64,000 nt of DNA from Acidobacteriota bacterium (GTDB taxonomy: Bacteria > Acidobacteriota > Thermoanaerobaculia > Multivoradales > UBA5704). The notes beneath the pieces were generated by a model. It made no database searches, was not told the DNA's origin, and saw only the letters and a program-made list of their open reading frames with translations. Numbering within the stretch: the stretch's first letter is position 1; every line of letters begins with the position of its first letter. The DNA lies in the NCBI GenBank assembly GCA_040005235.1, contig JBDTZG010000002.1, forward strand, positions 1 through 64,000. Direction: 5' to 3'. Below, in pieces: positions 20,774 through 30,050 of this stretch. Made by a program: the position numbers and the translations under genes.

Positions 20774-21724
20774 TTAGTATTCATTGTTGTCGTCGTCAAA
20801 GCCGGGGTATTGATCGTCGCGTGCGTAATAGTCTGCCGCATCGTAAGTGAATGTGGCCTTGTAGGTTGCGCTCAGGTTACTTGCGCTTAACTGAGCCAGC
20901 CCGGCAATCTTTAATTGGCACGCCACACACTCAAACTTTGCCGGCAAATAGTCTTGTGTTTCAACAATAAGATCGTCCTCTAATTTCCGAATAGGTACGG
21001 AGATAGGTGCTCCTGTTACCAGCGAATCGCTGCCGCATGAAGGGCAGGTAACGCGATGTCCATCTTGGCGGGTCGCCCATGCAGACGCTTGACTTGAAAG
21101 TTTCTGGCGCTCTGCGTTGTCTTTTTCTTTCCAATTCTTCTTGTGACCTGCAATGGCTTTCGAGACTGCCTTGGCTGATTTGTCTCGCGACGCCGCAATT
21201 AGCTGCTCGGCGAATCTGGCCTCGTTGCCCCCTACTAAAAGGGCGAGGCTCTCGCCCAATGCGGCGAGCAAAACAGAGCACGTCTGATAAAAGTCTGCTA
21301 GCCATCTGGTCTCTAACCCGTCGAAAGGTGTGCTGCCGGCGTGAAGCTCTTCGTTCCGGCGATTTATATGTTGTGCCGTGAAGCCCTCTTCCGGAATGAA
21401 GGCTGGTAGGATTTCTCGTAGACGCTTCAGTACTTCCGTGATGTGGATTGAATGAGGTATAAACTTGGGTTCGGTTGGCGTGTGGCCTAGAGAATAGTAG
21501 AGATTGTTCCAGTTACTTTTGGAATCTGCAAGTAGGGTAGGGCTTACGTTTGCAAGTGCCGCGCGTGCCAGAAATTCCAAGACAAACGTAGATGTCAGTC
21601 CGAAATGCCAGTCATCTCGGGAATGCAAAAGCATATCCTGTGCATAGCGCTGAGCTTTTGCAAGGAGAGCATCCCTTGACCAAGGGTGAGCGATCTTTGA
21701 TGCTTTAGGCGTACTGGTAGTCAT
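20774..21724 (-). CDS. Putative HEPN-domain protein with C-terminal Zn finger
   Basis: LEFLARAAL helix, R-X4-H motif RNEELH, CPSC...CVAC; visibly AT-richer than flanks. Confidence 0.6.
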   Translation of the reverse strand: MTTSTPKASKIAHPWSRDALLAKAQRYAQDMLLHSRDDWHFGLTSTFVLEFLARAALANVSPTLLADSKSNWNNLYYSLGHTPTEPKFIPHSIHITEVLKRLREILPAFIPEEGFTAQHINRRNEELHAGSTPFDGLETRWLADFYQTCSVLLAALGESLALLVGGNEARFAEQLIAASRDKSAKAVSKAIAGHKKNWKEKDNAERQKLSSQASAWATRQDGHRVTCPSCGSDSLVTGAPISVPIRKLEDDLIVETQDYLPAKFECVACQLKIAGLAQLSASNLSATYKATFTYDAADYYARDDQYPGFDDDNNEY

Positions 21725-22433
21725 AAAGTTCCTTTAAGTACGCTCGGTCAACGTGCCTAGTTCCAGATGACTCCGTTGTGGCTGATCTTCCGTGCAAAAA
21801 TCTCCAGTTGTCTATTATCAGGGTATCGCCGGGATCGAGCAGTACAACCTCGAGTGGTCTGATTTTAGACAGAATGAGTTTAACCTTCGCGAATACGTCT
21901 GCGGCCAGTCCTGTTGCTGGCTTCAGAAAGATGTTATCCCATCGGATGAGATATGGGCCGTCAGATTCGGGGCGCTCAAGGAGTCTGAGAAGCTGCTTGC
22001 CATTTTGCATCGGGCGTCGAGGCTGTACGAGAGCCATGCGAAGTGCATCTTTGCCGAGTTTCGACAAAAGTCGTCGACCATCAAAGAGTCGTGTCGCAAC
22101 CTCCGGCGAACCGCAAATACATCGAAGGGCAATGTAGCGTGGTGGTATTGCCCAGTGGGCCAGGTCAGTATGGAGCGGGAAGTCTGCCGTACCGAAGTTT
22201 CCGCTGTAGGTGTTGGGCGGAGACTCAGTTAGTTCACGCGGAATCAGCTTCTGAACTGTGTTGAGGCCTTCGACCGAGTCAAGAGTTCCGAGTTTTTGGA
22301 ATGCATCGCTAGATGCCAGGTGGGGATTGAAATGGCGAATGATGCCAAAACCTCGGGTACCGATCGTCGTTGAGTTCGGGGCAAACTCTGAGGTGAGTTC
22401 TGCCCTCGAAACCTCATGTGTAGATTTATTCAT
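21705..22433 (-). CDS. TauD/TfdA-like Fe(II)/2-oxoglutarate dioxygenase
   Basis: FPLHTD (HxD), PGDTLIIDNWRFLHGR, distal Arg in RHVDRAY. Confidence 0.8.
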   Translation of the reverse strand: MNKSTHEVSRAELTSEFAPNSTTIGTRGFGIIRHFNPHLASSDAFQKLGTLDSVEGLNTVQKLIPRELTESPPNTYSGNFGTADFPLHTDLAHWAIPPRYIALRCICGSPEVATRLFDGRRLLSKLGKDALRMALVQPRRPMQNGKQLLRLLERPESDGPYLIRWDNIFLKPATGLAADVFAKVKLILSKIRPLEVVLLDPGDTLIIDNWRFLHGRSATTESSGTRHVDRAYLKELYDYQYA

Positions 22434-22437
22434 TATA

Positions 22438-23634
22438 TCAAGTCAAAGCTCCGCCCAGCTCGCGCCAGAGCCAAGAAGGAAACTCTTGCCAGGGGAGTGC
22501 GACGTGGCCACCGGGCAGTGGCCGCGCTTCGGGAATTGTGCAGACCAGGACGCCGGGGCGTGCCACGGCCGACGCGACTTGGCCGAATTTTGTCATCTGT
22601 TCGACGTGGCGCGGGGTAGGGGTCGATGTAAGCTTGATTTCGATCGGCGCCAGACCTGTCGGGGTCCTAATCAGAAGGTCGACTTCAAAACCATCGCGGG
22701 TGCGCCAGAAATAGAGGTCGGCGGGGCGGCCGAGGCTGGCGAAGACTTTTGCTGCCTCCGAGACGATCAGCCCCTCGAAAAGGGCGCCGCCCATAGCTCC
22801 TGCCAGCGCGGCCTCGGCGCTCGGTTGTCGGGTGAGGTAACAGGCGATGGCCGAGTCGAGGAAATAAATTTTCGGCGTCTTGGTCAGCCGTTTACCGAAG
22901 TTCTCGAAGTAGGGCGGCAGGAGGCGGATCACATAGGACGCTTCGAGGGTGCCGAGATAGGACTTGACGGTCGGGACGCTCAATCCCACGGTGCGCGAGA
23001 ACTCTGAGAGATTCAGCTCTTGGCCATGGCGTGCCGCTGCCAACCCGAGCAATGTCTCAAAGGCGCGAAGATCCTGAATACGGTGGAGCTGGCGAACATC
23101 ACGCTCGACATAGGTCGGAAGGTAGGACGAGAGCCAGAGATCTCTGTTTTCTGGATAGAGAACTGGATCCGGGTAGCCACCGTTCCAAATCGTTTCTGCC
23201 AGGGCGCGCCGAAGGAGGGGCGCGGTCTCTTGGAGACTGAATGGGAGCAGCTCGAGCAGGGCGATTCGACCGGCGAGCGATTCGCTGACGTTCGCCATGA
23301 GCTGGAACTGTTGTGATCCGGAGAGCAGCCAGCGGCCGTTGTTCCGCCGGTCGCGATCGATCCGAATCTTGAGCGGCGGCAGCAGTTCTGGCGCGTATTG
23401 GATCTCGTCGAGCAAGACCCGCCCTTCGGGGAGACGATCAAGGAAACCGATGGGGTCAGCCTGCGCAAGGCTCCGTTCCGTCGGGTCATCGAGCGAAACG
23501 TAACGCGCATCCGGACCGGCCTGGTGGATAAGAAACGTGGTCTTGCCGGATTGTCTCGGCCCGGTAATGAGAATCGCCGGAAACCCATTGAGCGCACGGT
23601 CGAGCGCGGAGCCAAGTAGACGCGAGAGGTACAC
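22438..23634 (-). CDS. AAA_14 ATPase with DUF4143 domain
   Basis: GPRQSGKTT, LDEIQ, SESLAGR, GGYP, KTPKIYFLD, EVDLL...IEIK. Confidence 0.9.
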   Translation of the reverse strand: MYLSRLLGSALDRALNGFPAILITGPRQSGKTTFLIHQAGPDARYVSLDDPTERSLAQADPIGFLDRLPEGRVLLDEIQYAPELLPPLKIRIDRDRRNNGRWLLSGSQQFQLMANVSESLAGRIALLELLPFSLQETAPLLRRALAETIWNGGYPDPVLYPENRDLWLSSYLPTYVERDVRQLHRIQDLRAFETLLGLAAARHGQELNLSEFSRTVGLSVPTVKSYLGTLEASYVIRLLPPYFENFGKRLTKTPKIYFLDSAIACYLTRQPSAEAALAGAMGGALFEGLIVSEAAKVFASLGRPADLYFWRTRDGFEVDLLIRTPTGLAPIEIKLTSTPTPRHVEQMTKFGQVASAVARPGVLVCTIPEARPLPGGHVALPWQEFPSWLWRELGGALT

Positions 23635-23640
23635 CCTGCA

Positions 23641-23669
23641 AATTTAAAATCCAATTTTAAATCTGTCAA
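23641..23669 (-). promoter_or_regulatory. Sigma70 promoter overlapped by a palindromic operator
   Basis: Minus strand TTGACA-N17-TAAATT, 6 nt before the GTG start; inverted repeat ATTTAAAAT-CCA-ATTTTAAAT at 23642-23662. Confidence 0.75.
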
Positions 23670-23748
23670 CCCCCTTTAAAAGCAGTAGTTTGTGCCGCCT
23701 CTTTGGCCGAAATGCAGTTCGATGGGCGCAAAACGCGCCTAAATTTCC

Positions 23749-24825
23749 CTATCCCCCCACCCGAGCCAACTCCTCCGCCGCCAGCGAGCACCCTCTAAGC
23801 TCCGCCCCCGCCGCACGTCCCATCAATCGGAACTCCCCTCCGTCGGCCACCCCAAGATCCTGAGTCAGCAAATGCACCGCGGAGCCGAGGTTCGCCAGGT
23901 CGAAGATCGCGATCAGGCCGAGGGTGCCTTGCGGTGCTTCTGCGAGGGTCTCGGGGTCGAGGATACGTACCCGCACCCAGGGCGGGGCGACGAAGAGGTC
24001 GGGGTCGCCGTCGGCGAGCGCTTCGGTGTAGAACTGGCTGGTCAGCTCGGTCATGCCGTATTCGCGGACGATCCTCTGTTTGGGGATGCCGAGGCGGGTT
24101 TCGATTTTTTCCACCAGCTCGGTGCGGGATATCTCGGTCTCTTTGCCTTTGAAACCCCCGGTTTCGAACAGGACGCTGCCGGGGGGAAGACGGAAGCGCA
24201 GCTCCTGGCGTTCGAGCGCGCCGAGCCATTGGTCGAGGGCGAGGGCGGTCGATAGCACCACGACCGGCCGACCAGCGCGTTGGCGGGCTCCCGCCCAGGA
24301 ACGGGCCGGGCCGGCCTCCACCCCGCGCGGGCCGACCACGTTGGCGCTTTCCGGGGCGCCGAAACGTGCCAGCACGTGCTCGACCATGAACGACAGGCTC
24401 GAATCGGGGAGCAGCTCGCGCGATGGGATGAGCGAGAGCATCGGCGGCCGGCCGAGCCCGGTAAGACACCAGCGGGGAAAGGCGAGGTCGATCGTCCGGC
24501 GGTAGAGGTCGGGGAACGGGTGGTGGTGGACGCTTCTCTCCTCCGGCCCTTGGGTGGTGCCGCTCGAGCGGAAGATCTCCTGGGCGGGCTCGGTCGCGAG
24601 GGTCAAGCTCTTGAACGCGGTCGTCGGAACCAGCGGCACGTCGCGCCAGGAGGCGAGCCTTTCGGGGTCGAGCCCGCGGGCTTCGGCCAGCCGGCGGATC
24701 GGCTCGATCCGGTCGTGTTGAAAACGGTACGCCGCGAGGGCGAGAGAATCAAAGGAATCGCCGGACGGATCGGCGAGGAAGCGGGCGATGCGGTCGGGCA
24801 CGGGCAGCTCGGCGGATGCGGACAT
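23749..24825 (-). CDS. LuxE/PaaK-like acyl-protein synthetase
   Basis: FRSSGTT, FETGGFKG, EYGMTEL, DLAN, TQDLG, GAELRGCS. Confidence 0.82.
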   Translation of the reverse strand: MSASAELPVPDRIARFLADPSGDSFDSLALAAYRFQHDRIEPIRRLAEARGLDPERLASWRDVPLVPTTAFKSLTLATEPAQEIFRSSGTTQGPEERSVHHHPFPDLYRRTIDLAFPRWCLTGLGRPPMLSLIPSRELLPDSSLSFMVEHVLARFGAPESANVVGPRGVEAGPARSWAGARQRAGRPVVVLSTALALDQWLGALERQELRFRLPPGSVLFETGGFKGKETEISRTELVEKIETRLGIPKQRIVREYGMTELTSQFYTEALADGDPDLFVAPPWVRVRILDPETLAEAPQGTLGLIAIFDLANLGSAVHLLTQDLGVADGGEFRLMGRAAGAELRGCSLAAEELARVGG

Positions 24826-24909
24826 GGGCGGGATTGTGCCACGCAAGCAGGGTGGTCGAGTGCTACGCTCGACGCAAGGAAATCCAATTTCAAGGGTTCA
24901 AGGGAACGA

Positions 24910-25521
24910 GTGGGCACCGAACCGTTGACCGCGGCCGATCCGGGCTGGGACGCCCTGGCGCGTACGGCCGCCGGGGACTCGATCGCGTTCGAGCTACTGG
25001 TCGGCCAGAACCAAGACCGTCTCCTGCGGCTATGCGAGCGGATGTTGGGCGACGTCGAGGAGGCGCGCGACGCGGCGCAAGAGGTGTTCCTCAAGCTGTA
25101 CCGCAACGCTGCCTCGTTTCGCCCGCGCGGCCAGCTGTTCACCCTGCTTTACCGGATCGGTGTGAATCACTGTTTGAACCGCCTGAGGCGGCGCAATCTG
25201 GTTCGATTTTTACGTTTCTCGGACCCCGGGGAAGACGACGCCCCGGTGGTCGAGCCGGTTGACCGCCGCCCCGGCGCGGCCGAATCGATGGATGCCCGCG
25301 AGCGCTGGCGGGTGGTGCGCCAAGGAATCGACAAGCTTCCCTCGAACCAGCGGGCAGTTCTGATTCTCGCCAAATTCGAGGGTTTATCCTACCGGGAGAT
25401 CGCCGAGGTGCTCGGGATCTCGGAGGGGGCGGTCGAAAGCCGCCTCTTCCGGGCCATGAGACGGCTCGAAGCGGCGCAAGAATCCGACCGCTCGATGGTT
25501 TCACCGGCAAAGAGGACATGA
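24910..25521 (+). CDS. ECF sigma-70 factor
   Basis: ARDAAQEVFLKLY, LYRIGVNHC, GLSYREIAEVLGISEGAVESRLFRA; start approximate. Confidence 0.9.
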   Translation: MGTEPLTAADPGWDALARTAAGDSIAFELLVGQNQDRLLRLCERMLGDVEEARDAAQEVFLKLYRNAASFRPRGQLFTLLYRIGVNHCLNRLRRRNLVRFLRFSDPGEDDAPVVEPVDRRPGAAESMDARERWRVVRQGIDKLPSNQRAVLILAKFEGLSYREIAEVLGISEGAVESRLFRAMRRLEAAQESDRSMVSPAKRT

Positions 25522-26261
25522 GAATGAACCGTCTGCCTGAGATCGAGCTGATGCGGCTCCTCCACGGCGAGCTGCCGCCCGAGCGCGCCTTTGAGCTTCA
25601 GGAGCGCCTCGCGCGTGAGCCGGAGCTGGCGGAAGAGCTGCGTCGGCTCGAAGCGACCTGGGACCGGCTGGAGCTGCCGCCGGCCGCCCCGGCCCCGCGC
25701 GGTTTCGCTCGCGCCGTGGTGGGCCGCGCCGAGAACGGCGGCCTTTGGAGCCTGGCGCCGACCCGCATTCGGGCGGCGGGTTTCGCCGTGCTCGCGGCCG
25801 GTTTGGCGCTCGGAGTGGGGATCGCCTCGACTCTCGCGAGGTGGGATGCCGCGACCTCCGCGGCCCCTGTGGCCACCGAAACGGTCGTCGCCTCCTCGCC
25901 CGCGGTTCCGACGGTTCCCGCCGCGCCCCAAGAGTCCACCGCGCCGATCGCGATCTCTCCGCCCGCCGTAGGCACTCCGGCCGGGCCGTCGGATGGATGG
26001 AACGAAACGAACGCGAGCGGGCCGAAGGGGACGAATCGAGCCCCGGCGCCCGCGGACGGCGCGACGTCTTCGGGCGCTTCCGCCGCGTCCGGTGCCGGCG
26101 ACCCCGCTCAGGTGGCGGATTTCGACTATGACCTGCCGGCCGAGGACGGTTCGTTCGCGGACGAGGGGACGCTCGCCGACGACTACTGGCAGGCCTTCGA
26201 CGGCACGGAAAGCGCCACGGGCTCGGGCGATGGCACCGGTTCGGGAAGCGAGGGGCTGTGA
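25518..26261 (+). CDS. Putative anti-sigma factor (single TM)
   Basis: ATGA overlap with the sigma gene; LLHGELPPE zf-HC-like N-terminus, one TM, low-complexity tail. Confidence 0.65.
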   Translation: MRMNRLPEIELMRLLHGELPPERAFELQERLAREPELAEELRRLEATWDRLELPPAAPAPRGFARAVVGRAENGGLWSLAPTRIRAAGFAVLAAGLALGVGIASTLARWDAATSAAPVATETVVASSPAVPTVPAAPQESTAPIAISPPAVGTPAGPSDGWNETNASGPKGTNRAPAPADGATSSGASAASGAGDPAQVADFDYDLPAEDGSFADEGTLADDYWQAFDGTESATGSGDGTGSGSEGL

Positions 26262-27382
26262 GGCGCTGGGGATTGATCTTTGCGCTGCTGGTCTCCGCCG
26301 GGTTGAACGCCGGGATTTTGGCGACTCTGTGGGTGACTCACGCCAAGAACCCGCCGCCTCCGCTGCCGCCGGGTGCTCAAAGTCCGCCCGCCATGGTCCG
26401 GCCGGGCGATCCGCCGACACCTCCCGGGCGTCCACCGGAGCCGCGGGAGGGAACGACGCCGGCAGGACCGCATCATGGGCCGCCAAATGGCCCCCAGAAC
26501 GGGCCTTCGGATGTTCTTCCGGGAGCCCCGCCTCCGGGGAGCCCGATGCCGCGACCTCGCGATCGCGACGGTCTTCCGGATCCGGAAGGACCTCCTCCGG
26601 ACGACGGACCGTTCGGCGGCGAGACCGCGGAGGTCGGTCCGGATCCCGGAACCGTTCTACGGGTGCCTTCGACTCCGCCACCCCGGCTGCGCGAATTCGC
26701 CGACCGTCTGGGAGTTGTCGGCGCGAAGCGGGAGCGGTTCTTCTCCTTGCAGCTCAAACTGATCGCGACGATGCGCGAAGGGCGGTGGCGAATCCAACAG
26801 CTTCGCCGCGAGGTGCGGGTCGAGATGCTCTCAGCCCGGCCGGATCGCACCAAGATCGAGGCGAGCCTCGCGGCGATCCAGAACGCCCAGCTCGCGCTCG
26901 AACGGCAGACCGTGCGCACGATCCTCGATACCCGGGAGATCCTCGACGGCGAGGCCGAGCGCCAGTACCTGGAATTCATCAACCGCATGCGCCTGGGGGC
27001 GGGAGAAGGGAAGCCCAAGGGCCCGAGACCGCGAGGCGGCGGCGGAATGATGGGCCGGCCGGAGATGCCGGGCGGCACCGGTTTCGATCCGCGCCGCGAA
27101 CCGCCGGGGAACGAACCGGCGAATCCGCCGGGCCAGAATTCACCGAGCCAAGATCCGCGCCTCAACCGGCCGGCCCGGCCGCAGGGCGGCGGCTTCGGGG
27201 GCCGGCCCGGCGGTTTCGGCCGACAGCGGCCCTTTCCGCACGGGCAGCGGATGCTCACGCCCGAAGAGCGGCTCGAACGGCGCCGCCGCTTCGAAGAATG
27301 GCAGGGGCGCCAGGGAGCGGACCAAACGGTCCCGCCGCCGCAGCGTTCCGAGCCTGAGGGCGAGGCCCCGCCGCCGGCCTGA
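26258..27382 (+). CDS. Periplasmic Spy/CpxP/heavy-metal-sensor-like protein, Pro/Gly-rich
   Basis: LLVSAGLNAG TM; helical core ending REILDGEAERQY; coupled to the anti-sigma gene. Confidence 0.6.
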   Translation: MRRWGLIFALLVSAGLNAGILATLWVTHAKNPPPPLPPGAQSPPAMVRPGDPPTPPGRPPEPREGTTPAGPHHGPPNGPQNGPSDVLPGAPPPGSPMPRPRDRDGLPDPEGPPPDDGPFGGETAEVGPDPGTVLRVPSTPPPRLREFADRLGVVGAKRERFFSLQLKLIATMREGRWRIQQLRREVRVEMLSARPDRTKIEASLAAIQNAQLALERQTVRTILDTREILDGEAERQYLEFINRMRLGAGEGKPKGPRPRGGGGMMGRPEMPGGTGFDPRREPPGNEPANPPGQNSPSQDPRLNRPARPQGGGFGGRPGGFGRQRPFPHGQRMLTPEERLERRRRFEEWQGRQGADQTVPPPQRSEPEGEAPPPA

Positions 27383-27383
27383 C

Positions 27384-27411
27384 AAAAAAAGAACCCCGCT
27401 CGCGCGGGGTT
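27384..27411 (-). terminator. Rho-independent terminator between convergent genes
   Basis: AAAAAAAG-AACCCCGC-TCGC-GCGGGGTT. Confidence 0.7.
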
Positions 27412-27502
27412 TGGAGGGAGGGAGTCGGAGGAGGGAGATTGTCTTGTCTGTGCCTTCTCCATCCCTTATTACGGAGCACCCCTCCCGTCCGTTGGGGTAG
27501 GC

Positions 27503-29959
27503 CTATCGTTCCCGCGCGATCTGCGCGAAGAACTCGGTCGCCGATTCCGCCGGATCGCCGACCAGGGCGCCCGCTCCCTCTTCCGGCAGCCAGTCGGCCG
27601 GTAGATAGCGGCGGTAGGGGGTGGCGAGGAATCGCCGGTCGAAGAGTGCGATCACCCCGGTGTCTGACGGGGAACGGATCAGCCGGCCGGCGGCCTGGAC
27701 CACGCGGGTGAGCCCCGGGACCACGAACGCGTACTCGAACCCCTTGTCGAAGCGCTCCTCGTAATACGTCTTGAGCAGCTCCTGGTCGAGCGACAGCCCC
27801 GGCAGGCAAGGTCCAATGATCGCCACCCCCTTGAGCATCTCGCCCGGGTAGTCGACCCCTTCGGCAAACGCGCCGCCCGCGACCGCGGCGAGCACGATGT
27901 CGCCGAAAATCGCCGACTTGAGCGCCTCCAGGATCAGCTCGCGCTCGCGGTCCGAATCGCTCTGGCGTTGGATCATCAGCCGCTTGGATTGCAGGCGCAT
28001 CTTGGGCGCCACCTCAGCCAGAAACTGATAGCTGGGAAAGAGCGCCAGGCAGTTGCCCGGCACGCTCTCGACGAACGCGGCGAGGCGGTGAGCGATCCGG
28101 CCGTAGTTTTCGCCCCGCAGCTTCCAGGTGGTCTCGACCGTGGCGTCGATCACCACCCGCCGGTTCTCGGCCGGGAACGGGTTGCGGATCTCGACGAACG
28201 CCGTGCGCCCGGCGCCGAAGCCGAGCAGGCCGGTGTAGAACTCGGGCGGCGAGAGGGTGGCCGACAGGCCGATCACCGAGCTGCACCGGCCGAGGACCGA
28301 CCCTAAGAACCGGCTCGGGTCCTTGCACAGCACGCGCAGCCGGCTTTCGCCTCCGCGCCGTTCGAGCGTGTGGCTGAACGCGGCATCCGAGACCGCGAGA
28401 CCGTTCAAGAATTTCAAGAGCTGGAAGTAAAGCTCGACGAACGGATCGTCCGGGCGGAAGCTCTTGGTATCCCGCTGATATTCGAGGTAATCGACGAACG
28501 CCTCGTCGAACGCCGGGCGCAGCCGCCAGAGCTCCTCTTCGGGCAGGGGAGCCTCGACCGCCCGTTCCCCCGCAGGTCCCTCTTCGAGCGCGTCGGCCAC
28601 GGCGTGCTCGATCAGATGGGCGAGCCGGGCGCAGAGCGCTTGGAGCCTGAAATGGATCGGCTCGCCCCCGCGCTGCATCCCCTCCGCCGCGCGGCGGGCG
28701 GTGCCGGACGACAGCTCGGGCGAGTAGTAGCCGCGCCCGCGGTCGACCAGATTATGGACCTCGTCGATCACCAGGATGGTGTCCGACAGATCGCGGTCGG
28801 CGGCGAAATCGGGCAGCGAAACGTAGGGGTCGAACGCGTAGTTGTAATCGCAGATCGTCACCTGCGCGCGTCCCGAAAGCTCCAGGCTCACCTCGAACGG
28901 ACAGACCTCGGCGGCTTTGGCGGCGGCGAAGATCGCGTCGGGCTCCAGCAGGGCCGAGTCGTCGAGCAGGCGCGGAATCACCCCGCTGGTGTGCAGCTTG
29001 AGCGCGTAGTCCTTGGCGAAGCGGCAGTATTCCTCGTGACAGATGATCTGGTCGTTCGCGCACATCTTCGCCTTGGCCCGCAGGCGCACGGCGCGAAAGG
29101 CACCGTCCTGATCGAGCAGGCGGATCACCGCGGTCGCCATCTCCTGCTGGGTGGTCTTGGCGGTGAGCACGAACAGCCGCTGGTCGTTCGCCAGGGCATG
29201 GCGAAGCGCGGGGTAAAGGGCGGCGACCGTCTTGCCGATGCCGGTGGTCGCCTGGAGCAGCAGGTGCTCGTGATGGGCGACGGCGGTCTCGGCGGCGGCG
29301 AGGATCTCCTCCTGCCCCGGGCGAATCTCGGGGAACGGAAACCGCAGCCGCTCCGCCGCCCGGTGGCGATCGGCCGCCGCCTGGCGGCCGGCCTCCCAGG
29401 TGTGGATCAGCAGGTTCAACCGGCGGCGCACGCCGATCTCGATCGTCCGCACGTCGAGATCGAGCGGCTCGCGTTCGGTGTCCGAGCCGGTTCCGTCGTC
29501 GTGGCTGCCGATCGAGATCAGCACCAACTCGGCGCGAATCTTCTCCGGAGCCCCCTCGCTCGAAGCGAGCATCCAGGCATAGAGGAGCGCCTGGCGCTGG
29601 TACATCTCACGGATGTGCGGCGCGAGGGTGGCGCCGCGCCGGACCGACTTGATCTCCTCGACGACCAGAGTGCCGTCCGGCTCCTTCCTCAGGCCGTCGA
29701 TTCGCCCCGAGACCGAAACCTGCCAGACGCTCTGGCCGACGCGATGCTCGAAGCGATGGACGACCACCACCTCGCGCTGATAGGTCGCGTCGGTGCCGAG
29801 CGTCTCTTCCTGATAGCGGCTATGGATCGCCTGCCCCAGCCACATCCGCTCGTAGCCGCCCCGGTTGGCGAATCCCAACGACCGCAACAGGCTGGTGTCG
29901 AGCAGATCAGCGACCGCAAGATCGAGCGCTCGCCGGGTGGCGTCGAAGCGCGGAGCCAT
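27503..29959 (-). CDS. DinG/XPD-family helicase with N-terminal PD-(D/E)xK nuclease-like domain
   Basis: GQAIH, GRIDG...VEEIKS; ATTGIGKT, Fe-S Cys residues, DEVH, EGVD, QAAGRLIR. Confidence 0.88.
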   Translation of the reverse strand: MAPRFDATRRALDLAVADLLDTSLLRSLGFANRGGYERMWLGQAIHSRYQEETLGTDATYQREVVVVHRFEHRVGQSVWQVSVSGRIDGLRKEPDGTLVVEEIKSVRRGATLAPHIREMYQRQALLYAWMLASSEGAPEKIRAELVLISIGSHDDGTGSDTEREPLDLDVRTIEIGVRRRLNLLIHTWEAGRQAAADRHRAAERLRFPFPEIRPGQEEILAAAETAVAHHEHLLLQATTGIGKTVAALYPALRHALANDQRLFVLTAKTTQQEMATAVIRLLDQDGAFRAVRLRAKAKMCANDQIICHEEYCRFAKDYALKLHTSGVIPRLLDDSALLEPDAIFAAAKAAEVCPFEVSLELSGRAQVTICDYNYAFDPYVSLPDFAADRDLSDTILVIDEVHNLVDRGRGYYSPELSSGTARRAAEGMQRGGEPIHFRLQALCARLAHLIEHAVADALEEGPAGERAVEAPLPEEELWRLRPAFDEAFVDYLEYQRDTKSFRPDDPFVELYFQLLKFLNGLAVSDAAFSHTLERRGGESRLRVLCKDPSRFLGSVLGRCSSVIGLSATLSPPEFYTGLLGFGAGRTAFVEIRNPFPAENRRVVIDATVETTWKLRGENYGRIAHRLAAFVESVPGNCLALFPSYQFLAEVAPKMRLQSKRLMIQRQSDSDRERELILEALKSAIFGDIVLAAVAGGAFAEGVDYPGEMLKGVAIIGPCLPGLSLDQELLKTYYEERFDKGFEYAFVVPGLTRVVQAAGRLIRSPSDTGVIALFDRRFLATPYRRYLPADWLPEEGAGALVGDPAESATEFFAQIARER

Positions 29960-30050
29960 GGCGGTGGAGTATAGCGGGGCGGCCCAGATCCGGACCGGTT
30001 GGGGCGGCGTTCGTGGTTCCTGGGTCGCGGAAGGGTGGCAACCGAAGCCC

